64,000 bases of DNA, from NCBI GenBank assembly GCA_025558095.1, contig JAIVFI010000006.1:558001-622000 (forward strand), given 5' to 3'. Each line of letters opens with the position of its first letter. The first letter of the stretch is position 1. The stretch is from Hyaloraphidium curvatum SAG 235-1 (Eukaryota; Fungi; Monoblepharomycota). The notes under the pieces were generated by a model. It had not been told where the DNA came from and searched no databases. It saw nothing but the letters and a program-made list of their open reading frames with translations. This document shows positions 25,049-37,799 of the stretch, piece after piece. The translations under genes were made by a program, and so were the position numbers.

Positions 25049-26259
25049 TCATTCTACGGGGAACAAAGTGGAGAAGTCAAACAGGTCATGGCAGGGTGGG
25101 GGTATCTCAAGAGAATCCTGCAAGTCCAACACGTTTTGGAGAAGGTCTTGCAGTCCATCTGGAACACGAACGGCCATCTCAGCCAGGCACCGTTTGCAAG
25201 CACCAGCAAGGCAACCCACCGTCGGAAGACGGCCGTGTGAAGTAGTCCCAGTTGTCTGCTTCAGGATCCTCCGGGCAAGCAAACGGATCGGTGACCCTGC
25301 AGAGCTTGTATGCAGCAGGGTCGACGATGATTGGCATTTGCTGCCTCAGAGCGTACTTGAGACCTTCAAGGTCAATCTCTGGGAGTGGCGGGATGTCCTG
25401 TAGCTCGTCTGGAGGAACGTTGGCGTGCAGCAGGACGGGAAAGAAAGCACTAGCTCACCGTACTCTCGCTTGGGGGGGCAGTACTCTATCTCGACATCCT
25501 CCTCGTCCTCGGTGGGTGTTGCAACGGTCTCCGCCACAGGATTCTGCGCTTGCTCCAACGAAGCTCGCTTCCTCAAGCGCTTAGCTCCACTGTCGGGTCG
25601 ATTCTGCAGTGGGTTGGAATCCCTCGACACCGGATGAGCTTGAAGGCGCGTGACGTCCGGAGAGACAAAGTCCTTCGAAAGCTGCTTCGGCGCCAGAGAG
25701 CCCTGGGCCGCCGCCAAATCGGCGGTCGCGGTGTCGTGCAACGGTAGAAAGGCCTTCTTCGCCGTCCCTGGTGTGCGCGTTGGCATGAAACGGCGACCCG
25801 ACGTCGAGTTGAGCGCAGGGGACTTCGGCTGCCCAACACGCCCGTTGTTTGTCGTCGAGACAACGGGTCTTTGTGCCAGCGGTGCCACTTTCCCTCCGCC
25901 TTTCGTCGGGCTCTGTTGCCTCTGCTTCACAACCTCCTTTGGAACGAGCTTGCCTTTCGGGTCCACGGCACTGGGCTTCCCGGCAACACCTAGCGCAAGC
26001 GAGTCAAGGCGGCGAATCAAATGCGGGACAAGCGAGTGAACGCACGGTCGCGAATGGCAGGCACGTTGGGCGGCCCATGAGCTTTGAGGGGAGCCCTGCC
26101 CGATGCCACGTCCCCCTTGCCGGTCTCGGGTTTCAAAGCATTGCCGCTCTTGGCCAGCCGCTTTGCTCCAGTAGCGCCGGCCTTTGTCGCGAGCACGTTC
26201 TCTTTGTCCACGAAGGGCACGGTGGGACGGACCGCGTGCCGCGGGGCCAGTGAGGCCAT
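25049..26259 (-). CDS. Putative securin-like APC/C substrate (multi-exon)
   Basis: N-terminal KEN box (DKENV), RxxL D-box candidates (RAPL), basic disordered body, acidic EDEEDVEIEYCPP motif resembling the fungal securin separase-binding segment. Confidence 0.55.
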
Positions 26260-26563
26260 GTTTCCTGCGGTGCGGGGACGCTGCCCCGGCGGGCTTTGCC
26301 GCCTCGATGACCGAGAGCGCTCTCTGCGCCGGTTGCGATGGTTCTAGGGCGACTGCGGCGTCCGCGTTGTGGGCTCTGTGTTCGAGCTTTGAAACGTCCG
26401 GCCGGTGCCGCCGGGCTGGCCGCCGGGTTGGCCGGCGGACAGGCGGACATCGTCAAACTCGGCCTCGCCCCCGAATCTTTCCCACACGGGGCCTACCTCG
26501 TCCGTCCTCCGTTCCCGGCAACACCTCTATATCATCGGTCTATCATGAAAACACAACGCTGCG

Positions 26564-28082
26564 TCACGCGCCGCCAGCCGCGGCCTTTGCCTGCCGTTCC
26601 TCCGCCATTGCCTTGATGAAGAACTCACCAGCCTTGTACGACGACCTGCAAGCCACAATCAACGATGCTCAACGACTCCACGCGAACCAGCGCTCACCTG
26701 ACCAAGGGACCCGACGCGACGTAGCGGAAACCCAGGCTCTTGGCGACTTCCGCCCAGTGGTCGAACTTCGACGGATGGACGTACTCTTGCACCTTGAGGT
26801 GGCCCTTTGTCGGCCGCATGTACTGTCCGAACGTCACCACGTCGACATCGATGCGCCTCAAGTCTGCGGGCTGCTCAGGAAACAGCGTTACGGCTCGAAA
26901 ACGGAAAACCCACCTTCGAGCGTGGCCTGCACCTCCGCATCGTGCTCTCCGAGACCAAGCATCACGCTCGTCTTGGTAATCAGGCTCGGCACCGCTTCTT
27001 TTGCGTGCTCCAGCACCCTCAAGGATTGCCGGTACTTTGCTCTCCGGTCTCGGACGTGGGGCGTGAGGCGTTCCACGGTTTCCAAGTTGTGGGCGTAGAC
27101 GTCCAGACCAGAGCGGGCCACCCGCTCCACACCCGCGAGATCCCCTTGAAAATCCCCCGTCAGGCACTCGACTGCAATGCTGGGAGCCCTGGAAAGCGGC
27201 CGACGGTTAACGGCGTCGATATCGGAGATCGCATCAACGCACTTCTCCTTGATCAGCTCCACCGTTCGAGCAAAGTGGTTCGCTCCGCTGTCCGCGAGGT
27301 CTGCAAACAGGATTGCTTAGCCGCAGTTTGACATGTTTCGCACGCGCCCAACGAACCGTCGCGGTCGACCGAGGTCAAAACCACGTAGCCCAAACCCCAC
27401 CGCGAAATGGCTTCCGCCGTCTTCTCGGGTTCCATGGGATCCAGCGGGGCGGGTTTCCGGTTTGTCTTCACGGAACAGAACCTGCAGCCCCGGGTACACT
27501 CATCGCCCATCAGCTGAACGGGGTTGCGGGAAGCGCGGGGCAAGCGAGAGAGCATGAGCGACTCTGCATTCCAGCAGCAGTATCCATCCTCCCACCATGA
27601 TGGTGGCGGTTGCGGTCTTGGACTCGCCGCCGCCCCAGCATTCGCCGATGTTGGGGCACCTCGCTTCCTCACAGACGGTGTGGAGGCCCAAGCCCCGCAG
27701 ATCCCGCTTGATCCTTTTGTAGTCTTCTCCCACGGGGATCTCCGTCTTGAGCCATTCGGGTAGCCTCACATGACTGGCGGTCTGGTCGTGAGCCGTTCAA
27801 GGCGCCTGGCTCGCTCGCGGCGACCCACTTTCGCCGTCGCAACTCCCCGGGGCTCAGCTTCTCCCTCGCAGCCTTGGGAGTCACCTCTCCCCCGACGAAA
27901 TCGTCCAGCGTGGGCTCGGCGCCGGTCTTGAGGCGCGCCGACAGGTCCGCCAGCCGGCTCCCCGAGCTGGTCGCCTGCGTCCGACGTGCGGCCGCCGTCC
28001 TCACGGCCGCGCACGCGGTCGGCGCAGACGCATCGCAGATAGGCAGGGCGCGGCGCGAGGCCGGCAGCCTGAGGCACCGCAT
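26564..28082 (-). CDS. LIP5: Mitochondrial lipoyl synthase (radical SAM)
   Basis: [66 protein letters not shown]. Confidence 0.96.
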
Positions 28083-28179
28083 GGGAGTGGCGGAGATCGG
28101 AACTTGCCCCTTGTTGAGACGCGTGAGCTAGAGTGTGCGAGAGTTGGCGCACCACACCTCCCGCCGGTGACGCGGTGCG

Positions 28180-31155
28180 ATGGCGCGGGCGGACGCGGCG
28201 GCGGGCGCGTCGCCGTCGCTGCACGATCTGACGCGGCCGCCGGACTTTGCGCGCGTGTCGCGGCCGTCGCGGAAGCCGACCGCGCGCAAACGCGGCCGCG
28301 CAGACGCGGCGTACGCGCTGGGCCGCGACTCGGCGGCTGACCTCGACGAGGACGCCGGCGCCTCGACCGCTTCCGAGGGGGCTTCCGACTCGCCGCGGGA
28401 GGCGTCGGGCCGAGAGGAGGAGAGCGAGGTCCGCGTCGGCGGGCGGGCGGCGTCGTTCGCTCTGCCGGCGGCAAAGGTGCTCTTCGAGGACTGGGAGGAT
28501 CGTATCGCGTGGGATGGGCCGCGGCGGGAACCGGCGCGGCCCGGCCGGAGGAAGGTGCCGCCGTCGGACTCGATGCCGGACTGGACCGGGGCCATTCTTT
28601 GGGACCTCCCCGCGCCCGGAGCCGGAGTGCCCGCCGCTCGCCCACTGCTCGCTTTCGGATCGTCGTTCAAGCTTCCCTCTGGGAGCTCAAACCCATTCAA
28701 CGTCTCCAACGACAAGTACTACGAGGTCCACGAGAAGAGCAAGAACATCCGTCGCCTCGCCTTCACCCACGCGGTGCTGCAGCACTCCATGCCGGCATTG
28801 AAGCTGCAGCATCCCTTTTACCGGACGGCGCTCACCGTGGACAGTTTGCGCCACTTCCACCGCCCCATGCTCCGGCGTCCTGCCGAGGACATTGTGCTTG
28901 CGCCCCTGCGGCCGCCAAAGAAGCGCAAGGGAGAGGCCGGCTTCGGGGCCCCGAAGAACCTACGAGACTTGTCGCTCAGGGACACGGAGCCTTTCCTTCT
29001 GCTCGAGTACTCCGAGGAGCATCCTCCCATGCTGTCGAACATCGGCATGGGTGCTCTGATCCAGAACTACTACCGGCGTCGCGACCCGCGGGACACCCAC
29101 GTCCCCGAAGTACGTTGGCTCTGTTTGTTTGCTCCGCGTGCCGTGCTCATGCCATCGCGCTCAGCTCGCCGATGGCGAGCCGCAGGTCGTGGAGCCCGAA
29201 ACCAGGGCTTCCTCCTTGGAAGAAGGATCCCTGCCCTTCTTTCTTGCCAACGTGGAACCCGGAAGCACTGTGCAGGGCTTCAGCACCAACATGTTCCGTG
29301 CCCCGATATTCCAGCATGCCCCGAAGAGCTCGGACTTCCTCGTCGTTCGGTGTGTGTCTTTGCGCGCTTTCTGCCTCACGCTTTGCCTAATGCCACCTGC
29401 GCTTCCAGTCATCCGGCTAAAGAGGGCGGCGTCAACTACTTTGCCCGGCCAATCGACACCGTCTATGTGGCCGGTCAGGAGATGCCGCGGATGGAGGTTC
29501 CCAAACCTTCGTCTCGCAGAGTCACGAACATGCTAAAGGCCCGGATGATGGTAGATGCGTACCGCATGATCAAGGCGAGTGAGAACAGGGGCGAGCTCGA
29601 TCTCAGCAAGCTGTACAAGGAGTACCCGGAGTTTCCGCCGCTGCACATTAGGCAGAAGCTCAAGGTTCGCCTCGTCGTGGAGGCGCATTTTGTCCTTCCT
29701 GACCTTGATGAGCACAGGAGCTAGCCCAGTTCCAGAGGAAAAGCAGCCACACGACCATGTGGCGGCTTGCACCCGGGGCCCAGCTCCAGTCCGAGGCATG
29801 GATTCAAAAACAAGTCTCGCCCGAAGACGTGAGGCGCTAGCCTAGCTTGACTGCTCCTTGCGAGGCACTTATCCCGCCTGTTCCAGGTTTGCACGATCCA
29901 AAGCATGCTGTCGGCCGCGCAACGTTTGATCGACGGTGGCCGTCAAATCTCGGACGTCATGGGAGACGATGCCGGCGAGGATGTGGACGTGATGCGCGAC
30001 ATGGAGGAGGACCTGGCGCCGTGGAATACGACAAAAAACTTCCTTATGGCCGTCCAAGGGAAAAACATGATCAAGGTTTATGGCGACGGAGAACCGACTG
30101 GACGGGGAGAAGCTCTGAACATGCTCAAATTCCCCAAGGAGGGAACGGTAAGGGAGCTCCGCGTTTTGCTTGTGGGGTTATTCAGACGGCACCGTCTCCA
30201 GTTTCTGCGGGAGGAAGATGCCAGGAGAGGCAAGCAGGGCGAACCATTTCGCTCTAGCCTCTTGGAGCAGAAGAACGCCTTCAGGCACGAGGTGGGTGAT
30301 GCTCGTCGGCACCATGGACGCTCCGAACCAATCTGTGCCGGCCGCAGATCCAGCGTGTGTTCAACCTTCAGAACCGCGCACTCAACAACAAGGAGGAGCT
30401 GCCTGACGAGTTCGTCTCACGCGCGCGTTTCCAGCGGGCACGAACTAATGGTTGCCACCAACAGTGCGGTCAAAGATGAGCCGGTCCTTTCACCCTACGC
30501 CGAATCCGCGGCGAGTCGACGGGTGTCGGTGCATGCTCCTCGAGTCGGATCGCCCGTTCTGTCTCCTCCATATCCCCGAGCCGCGTCGCCCGCTCCCATG
30601 TCGCCGCCGCATTCTCCCGGGAGTCCTTCGGTGTACTCGGAAGCATTCTCGGACGAAGAAGACGCGCAATCGGTCGCCGACAGCGCTTTTTCGCAAGGAG
30701 CACAGGCTGGCCCTCGGAACCTGATGATCTTCCGAAAGGTTGGGAATTTGGCTCCCACTCCCGGTGTCGAGTCTGATTCTAGACGGCAGATCCGGTCCGA
30801 AACTGGGGCGGTCGTCACCGAGATCGAGCTGGTGGATGATCCACGGGTGGCCAAGGAGTACCTCCGGAGTCGCCGCAAGATCGACCGCAGCGGCATGGAT
30901 GACAAGCAGCGCCAAGAGGCGACCGACGAACAACTCCTCATCCTGCACAAGAAGTCGTCGCGCCGAAACATGGTCTGCTCGGTCTGCAAGCAGTTTGGGC
31001 ACATGCGGTCGTCGCTCAAGTGCCCCATGAGGCAAGCACGCGGCCAGATGCCCGCGGTGCAGCAGCAACCACCGCCCCAAGAGAGCAAACCGGTGCAGAA
31101 GCTCGTGCTCAAGGGGCCAATCATGGCACCGAAGCGCAAATTCGAGGAGCTGTAA
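28180..31155 (+). CDS. TAF1: TFIID subunit 1 (DUF3591 domain + zinc knuckle)
   Basis: FNVSNDKYY, LQHSMPALKL, LLEYSEEHPPMLSNIGM..NYYRR, NMFRAPIFQH, LAPWNTTKNF, GEPTGRGE, CSVCKQFGHMRSSLKCP. Confidence 0.93.
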
Positions 31156-31166
31156 ACCGCGGTCGA

Positions 31167-32045
31167 TCACGTGGCGAACCGGGCTTTCTTCCGCTGCAAT
31201 TCCGGATGGAAGGCGCTGCTGTAGCCCGCCGTTCGTTCATCGTCTAAAGTGACCGCCCGTGTCTTTTGTCCTCCGAGTCCAAGGGCTCGGATGCGGTCCT
31301 GCTCTGCCTTCTCCCGCCTGAGGCGCTCTTCCCGAAGACGGGCAAGAGTATCTGCCTGTGATTCACTGGCTGCCGGGGGCGGCGGCGCACGGTGATCTGC
31401 ACGACTCTTGGCGGAGTTGGGCTCCTTGCGCCTCGCCTTCTCCATGACGGAGACTGGGTCCTCGAGGTTGGACGATCGCCTCTTCGACCCCTTGGTCACC
31501 TCAACGATCTCCTCCCGAGATGCCTTGTCCCGAGATTTGGAGTACCAAGGCAGCGGCTCTGGAGCGCCAAACGAATCAGCATCGCAACGGGAACCGCACT
31601 GGCGGCCGAACCTCGAGTTAGGTACGTTGTCGTCTTCCTGTCGGCAGCCTCTCGTGCCTTCCGGTCCTCCTCCTCCCGCTCCGCGTTCTTGAGCCCACCA
31701 CTAGTCGCCCCGCTTTCCATTCCGGCCCAGAAGTTGATGTGGCCACCTGAGTAGATGGTCGTCCCGCTGGTTGCAGCCTGGTGCGGTCCCTTCTGCTCTT
31801 CAGTCCCTCGGTCCTGACCATCTTTCGATTTGATCCGCAAGGCAGCAAGACGCCGCTCCTTCTCCTGCAAGTGAAACTTGTGTCACCGCTGAGCTGGGCT
31901 GCGCAACCGCCGGGCAACGCACGGCAATGAGCGCCCTCTCCCGCTCGCGCTCCTCCTGCTCCGCAAGTTCCTGCTCATCCCTGCGAACCCGCTCCCTGTT
32001 CTTGTCGTTGTAGACGTGCCACGATTTGTGCTTCAGGATATTCAT
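31167..32045 (-). CDS. LENG1-like protein (Cir_N domain), putative spliceosome-associated
   Basis: MNILKHKSWHVYNDKNRERVRRDE, GHINFW, LARLREERLRREKAE, YSSAFHPE. Confidence 0.85.
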
Positions 32046-32072
32046 CCCTCCAGGGGGGGAGGAGAGGACGGG

Positions 32073-34938
32073 TAGGGTGCCTGGCAAGCTCAAAAAATAC
32101 CGTGCCCACGGGCATGCCCATCACCTGATCCGGTGCCCATGGGCACCATATGGGCATGCCCATCATGTACTTGTAGAAGAGAGTCTATTAGGAACGTGCA
32201 CGATGCTGCGCTAAGAGTGCTTCCAAGCTTATCTGTGCCTCCCCCTCCTCAACAAAAGCCCGCAGCGGTTGAGCAGCAGCCAATTGGGCTTCCTCAGCAG
32301 TGCGCAGTTGATTAATGTCGAGGAAACTCTCCAAGACATAGGGCCCTGTCGCGGCGCGGAAGACGGAAGTTGTCCCAAATCCCACCTCGAACTCCTCCTC
32401 CTCCGCATCAATGCGAGGCCAAAGTGCGTGGAAAACATCTCGGTGCTGCTCGTTTTCCGGGTCCAGGGCCCGGATAGGAGCTCCCGAGCCCAAGGTCAAG
32501 GAATCCAGGACGTCGGCAAGGTTGTCATCGGTTCCGTGGGTTCTCCAGGGCTTTTCCTCCGCAGATTGCACCCTTGGCTTTAAGGTCTTCATCTCCTGCT
32601 TCAATGCGCTCTTGACCAGCCCTATTTCCTTCAACGTTGCGGAATTCATTCGATTCCGCGAGTCTGTCTTTGCAAGGCCCAAACTGGAAAACACGCGCTC
32701 GGTCGCGGCACTGTGCGGCGCAATGCTAAGCACCATGAGCGCAAACTCGCGCACAAAGACGAGTTCCGTAGTGCCCAAGCCCCAGGTCTCCCAGAACTCC
32801 CTTGCCGTCCGAACCTGGCCGTCGATCCCGCTGAACATGTTGCGCCCGAAGAAATAGTCATCCAGCTGGGCAAGGACCGACAAGCTGGCCTCCTGTCGGA
32901 ACTTCCAAGCAAGCAGCAGCTTGCCAATCTCCCATTCGAGCCACCGCTTCTTGTCCCTGCCGTCGACCTGGCACCCAGTCACAGAAAACTTCCGGTGAAC
33001 AGGGGAAAGGTGGAGAGCAACAAGGTAGATCGCATGATCAAACTCCTTGACTCTGGCATTTAACGACAACTTAGCCAGAGCGAATGTTTCCCTGGCACCC
33101 TCCACAACGGGACTAACACCACGCCAGGTCCGAGCAACCATCGAATACTCGATCAGTACGTCTGCCAGGGTCGCGTCCGAATGCTCAAGGCGGCCTAGGG
33201 CATCCACAATCGGCCTCACGATCTGGATCAGCTCCGCATTGTGGGCAAAGTGATACGGGTCCTTCACCACATCCAGCACCCGATCTGGAACGTCTGTCGG
33301 CCGTACACCGGGTTCCAGGCCATCGTGCGCGTGTTGCGGGCTGAGGAGAAGACGGAACCACGGCTGATGTGCGTCAATGCCCAAGCAGACCGTAATGAGA
33401 GAGTACCAGCACGAGTCGGTATGCGTCGCGAGGGAGTGTGCAACATCGTGCTTGCCGGCCCAAATCTGGGCCAAGCGGCGCCACATAGGCGCCTTGTGAA
33501 TCCAATTGACGAGAGTGAGGTTCTTTTTGATCACGGAGGTGGCCCAGTCGTGCTTCACAATGTCCTTGACGAGCAGGTTGAGGTTGTGGAGAACACACCG
33601 AATGCCGATGATGTGGGGGTGCTCCGTGCTCACCAGCCGACGAAGCTTCTTCATGACGGAAGGACTGTCCGTGCAGAACGCGTTCACGGGGCCCGGGGCC
33701 GCGAGATTGAGGCCAATTGAGCGGCACGACATGTTCACCTTCTCGTGCAAAAGCTCCGCGTTGTGGCGATCCTGAGTGACATCCCAGAGGTCCAACAAAC
33801 GCTCCATGCCCGGTGTAACGGCTACCATCGCGTAGATTGAGGCCCCAGACGAATCTTCCCATCCGTCAAGCTGCAGAGTCCACGACTTTGCGGTCCCACA
33901 AAGCACGACCAACTTCTGGGCTTCGTCCCTAGTGATCTGGGTCAGGATACCACCAATAGAGTGGCGTGTCAGGGGCCGGTACGCCGGGCTCAGGATCCCC
34001 AGAGCTTGCAGCAAATATGGATTCGACGCGAATCGAAACGGGACGTTGCCGGTCACAAAAGCTTTGGTGATCGCGAAATCCACCGCACTTGCAGTGGCAG
34101 CAGACAGAGGGGGATGGAAATGAGCCAGGAGAGTTCCAGCGCCAGATGCGGAGCCCGCCGCAGAACACGCCGAGGGCGGCGTCGACGACGCGTCAGAAAA
34201 CGCGTTCCTCTTCCTGCGTTTGCTCTGCGGCGCTGCAGCAGACTTTTTCTTCTGCTCCTCGTCGTACTGATTGAGGCGCCGAAGGTACGCGACGCGTTCT
34301 TCCCCCACGGACTTGCACTTGGAAACGATGTGCTGCTCCAACCGTTCTGGCCGGCCATCCATTTCCTCCGAGCAGAAAGTGCACTTGGCCGTGACGCGTT
34401 TGCCCCTGTTCACCCCGTCCTTCCTTTTGACGAGGAAGCCCGCCCATCGCGGGTCGAGATCCGGTGCCGGGCGCACCCAATCGCCCCGCTCCACGGAAGG
34501 TCGCAAGGAGGCAGAGCCGCGCTCGGATCCGCTCTCCTCCTCGTCGCTGCGTCCTTCATTGACTGCGCTGATGCTGTCATTGGGCGCGAGTTCGTCCTCC
34601 ATGTTCAGGACTTCGCAAAGCCGGTGAACTCGCGACGAACCCCCCACCCGCCGACCGCGACACCCTCGCAGAAAAGGAACGGAGACCGCTCTACGGATGA
34701 ATGATTTCATTGAATCACTATATCAATTCATCCACGTTTGCTTGGCGTGAGCGATAGATTCCGCGTCCTGGCCCTGGCTCCTGACCCCTTAGGCCGGCTC
34801 CCCTGCCCGCTCGACGGGCTCGCTGTTGGGCACCCGGTGGGCAGCGCATCCGCAATTGGTGCCCATGGGCATGCCATGGGCATGCCCATGGGCATGCCCA
34901 CTTTGGGCATGCCCAACTTTTTGGTGCCAGGCACCCTA
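32073..34938 (-). mobile_element. hAT DNA transposon, 2866 bp, TIR TAGGGTGCCTGGCA, 8-bp TSD AGGACGGG
   Basis: 14-bp perfect TIRs. TSD at 32065-32072 and 34939-34946. GGGCATGCCC palindromic subterminal arrays. Confidence 0.97.
32188..34710 (-). CDS. hAT transposase (BED zinc finger, DDE, C-terminal dimerisation domain)
   Basis: AKCTFC..LEQHIVSKC, LQLDGW, FCTDSP, RCVLHNLNL, SAATERVFS. Confidence 0.95.
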   Translation of the reverse strand: MKSFIRRAVSVPFLRGCRGRRVGGSSRVHRLCEVLNMEDELAPNDSISAVNEGRSDEEESGSERGSASLRPSVERGDWVRPAPDLDPRWAGFLVKRKDGVNRGKRVTAKCTFCSEEMDGRPERLEQHIVSKCKSVGEERVAYLRRLNQYDEEQKKKSAAAPQSKRRKRNAFSDASSTPPSACSAAGSASGAGTLLAHFHPPLSAATASAVDFAITKAFVTGNVPFRFASNPYLLQALGILSPAYRPLTRHSIGGILTQITRDEAQKLVVLCGTAKSWTLQLDGWEDSSGASIYAMVAVTPGMERLLDLWDVTQDRHNAELLHEKVNMSCRSIGLNLAAPGPVNAFCTDSPSVMKKLRRLVSTEHPHIIGIRCVLHNLNLLVKDIVKHDWATSVIKKNLTLVNWIHKAPMWRRLAQIWAGKHDVAHSLATHTDSCWYSLITVCLGIDAHQPWFRLLLSPQHAHDGLEPGVRPTDVPDRVLDVVKDPYHFAHNAELIQIVRPIVDALGRLEHSDATLADVLIEYSMVARTWRGVSPVVEGARETFALAKLSLNARVKEFDHAIYLVALHLSPVHRKFSVTGCQVDGRDKKRWLEWEIGKLLLAWKFRQEASLSVLAQLDDYFFGRNMFSGIDGQVRTAREFWETWGLGTTELVFVREFALMVLSIAPHSAATERVFSSLGLAKTDSRNRMNSATLKEIGLVKSALKQEMKTLKPRVQSAEEKPWRTHGTDDNLADVLDSLTLGSGAPIRALDPENEQHRDVFHALWPRIDAEEEEFEVGFGTTSVFRAATGPYVLESFLDINQLRTAEEAQLAAAQPLRAFVEEGEAQISLEALLAQHRARS

Positions 34939-35052
34939 AGGACGGGGGGGCACAAACGCGTCGATATCAGGAATCCCCAAAGGAATCCCACCCTTTTGTT
35001 GCGAATGTGTATGCGCAGAATGATTACAGGGAATATCATCGCTTCAGATACA

Positions 35053-36297
35053 TCATCGCTTCAGATACGGCTCCAGATACTGCAGCGCCCTCTTCAGGTT
35101 GTCCACGGCCGTCTCAATGTCATCGTACTGGATGGCGCTGATTGCGAACCGGGCGTGCTTCTGCGCGTTGCCCAGGACCTTGGGATCGTACGCATACGCA
35201 CCCCCTTGTGATGCTTCCGCCATCTTCTGGGCCGAGTAGTCCGCGCCGCGCGCTGGTGGCCGAGACGCCCCCCCTCGCTGTGGTCCCGGGCTAGGGCTCT
35301 GCGAGGGTTGCGCACGGGGAGCAGCAGCAGGATCTGAGCGTTGTGAGGGGGGGTCCGGGAAGGCAGGAAAGTCCGGGAAAGAGCCCGGCGCGGCTCCCCC
35401 CTGTCCCATGCCGGGCCCCAATCCTCCGAAGCTTTCGTCTTCGCGCGGAGGGCTGCCGCCGAAATCCGGGTCCCGACCGCCGACAGCGAAACCAAAGTCC
35501 GATGCCGAGGACGCTCCGTTCGGTTCGTAGCCCTGCATGTCCACATCTTCATCCATTCCCAGCCCCCCAGGCGGTCCCGGCTGGGGTACGCGTCCCTCGT
35601 TGATCGCCTTGATGATGTCCGCGGTCTTCCACCGTGCGTATTTCATCTTCTGATCCACCTGTTCGAGATCCAGCTGGTTGGCCCGGCTGTTCGTGTTGAC
35701 TTTCGACAGAACCAACCTCTTCCTCGAGGTCGCCAAAGATCTTCAGCAGCTCCAGAAACATGGAGGCCGCGAGAAAGGTCTTGGCGGTCTTCCTGTTTGG
35801 CTATGGATGAGGAATCGTTGCCCGAAGCACGCAAGCGAGTCCCACTTAGTCGCCTGTCCAGCCCTATCCTCATTGTCGGCGTTGCTGAAGATCTTGAGGG
35901 CAAAGTTCTCGATGTAGGCTTTTGCCACGATGTCGTCGGTCATCGCCTCCATATTGGACAAGCTTTTCTTCTCCTGCGATCCGCGGACGCGTCGGCTTGC
36001 GGTCAAAGTCGGGCTCGCCCCGTGCTCAAGCGCACCTGCTCCAGCCTATCCATCAGACCGTACAGATACTCCTGCACTTCCTTGCTCCGTGCTCCCTGCT
36101 CCATTTTCTCCAGCGCCATGCGCGCGGCATAGTAGTCGCCTGCGATGGTCGCGCGGCGTCAAGACCACGCAACCGTGAGGCCGACGCGAAGACCCGCAGT
36201 AGTAGGCCACCACCGGCTCGCGGCCACGAAGCTCGCTGCCTCGCTGCAAGTACGGCGAGATGGCCTTCAGTTCCGGGGGCACCGCAGGGGCTGGCAT
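35053..36297 (-). CDS. VTA1: Vta1 (ESCRT/Vps4 cofactor)
   Basis: ISPYLQRGSEL..EPVVAYYC, YIENFALKIFSNADNEDR, KMKYARWK, VSL domain AQKHARFAISAIQYDDIETA. Confidence 0.95.
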
Positions 36298-36369
36298 GGT
36301 GGAAGAGAGTGAACGCGTTGAACTTCGACGATCGCTGGGGTCGCTTCATCACACCCCGTTGGAAACGAG

Positions 36370-37792
36370 ATGGACGTGGACGGGCCGACCGCTACAGCGA
36401 ATGGAGAACTGGGTCAATTGGTGACAGAAATAAGCCCTCAGGTAGTATCTCCCGGGGCGTGATGTGGTCCTCGCTGACAGAGGCCTTGGGAAACAGGTTG
36501 CGAGTGTTCACCCGACTGGGATAAACTGCGTGCGCCTGACGTCAAACGGCCGCTGGTAGGGTCGTGGTGTATCCCACTGAAAACTTGCTTTGATGCGTCC
36601 GGAAGGCTCTTCACAGGGGCACAAGATGGAGAAATCAGGAAGTTTGACTTCGTCGCCTCGCTCAACGGGAAGGCTCCGATCACCTCGAACCAGCGTCAAG
36701 GCATGTCGGGAGTTCCAGACGCCGTCGGGAAAGGAGCAGTGCTAGTATCATCTTGGGAGAACCGCAACCTGGACTCGAAAAGTGTGATCAAACTGCTGTC
36801 TTCCACGGACTGTCTGCCTAAAGATGTCCCGCACTTTGCAAACCGCAGACTCACCCGTTTTCTCAATGGAGTTACAGTCTGAGGCCCTGTGGATGGTCAC
36901 TGGATGTCAGGTAGCGTCACGGGAGGTGCCCTCGCACTAGTCCATCGCCCACACCTGCTCTAGGACGGCTCCATGAGAATCTGCACTGTGAGGCACGACG
37001 AAGGAGACTGCAAGGGTTCGCTGCAGCAACACACGGATGCGGTTTCGGCACTTCAGCTGCACGGGAACGAGCGCAGATGCTTCAGCGGTTCTTGGGACAA
37101 AACGATGGTGGACTGGGACCTTGACGTGGGACGCAGCGTCAGGCAGTTTGGACAGTCGAAAGTGTCCCAAGTTACCTCGATGCGGCTCCAGCCGGACTCT
37201 TCCGGTCACGGTGGCCTGTTGCTGACGTCTTCGATTGACGGTGCGGTCGCCGCCTGGGACCTCCGCACGCCGGAGGCGGTCGCCACTTCGTTCCCGCTAC
37301 CTGAACGCACGCCGCCGTGGGCAATGTCAGCATGCTGGAGCGGGGACGGACAAAGGATATTCTGTGGCAGACGCGAGGCCGCCGTAGATGAATGGGACAT
37401 CCGGAGACCCGATCAGAGCCAGCGATTAACATTGCCGAAGGGGAGCGGTCCGGTATCTAGCGTTCTTTGCCTGGACAACAACAGGCAGCTCTTGTGGTGG
37501 GTGCTGTGGACCCGATTGCACGGACTTCGGGTCTGACCGATCGCGAATCAGTGCCAGCAACGACAACATGCGCCTGTGGCTTTTGGACGAGCTTACGAAC
37601 GCGCCTTCCACCGGGATGGAAGATGAGGTCAGGATTGATAGGATGCGGTTCCTGCTGGTGCCCGGGCACTCTTTTGGCATGGTGTCTGATATGTGCATGG
37701 ACGAAACGCGCCGCTTTTTGATCACAGTTTCGGGAGATCGCGGCTGGCCAACGAGATGTACGAACGCAATGATCATTCACACCGTTGCATGA
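36370..37792 (+). CDS. SPT8: SAGA WD40 subunit Spt8-like
   Basis: LFTGAQDGEIRKFDF, SGSWDKTMVDWDL, TPPWAMSACWS..IFCGRR, FLLVPGH..FLITVSGDRGW. Confidence 0.85.
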
Positions 37793-37799
37793 CACCGGG

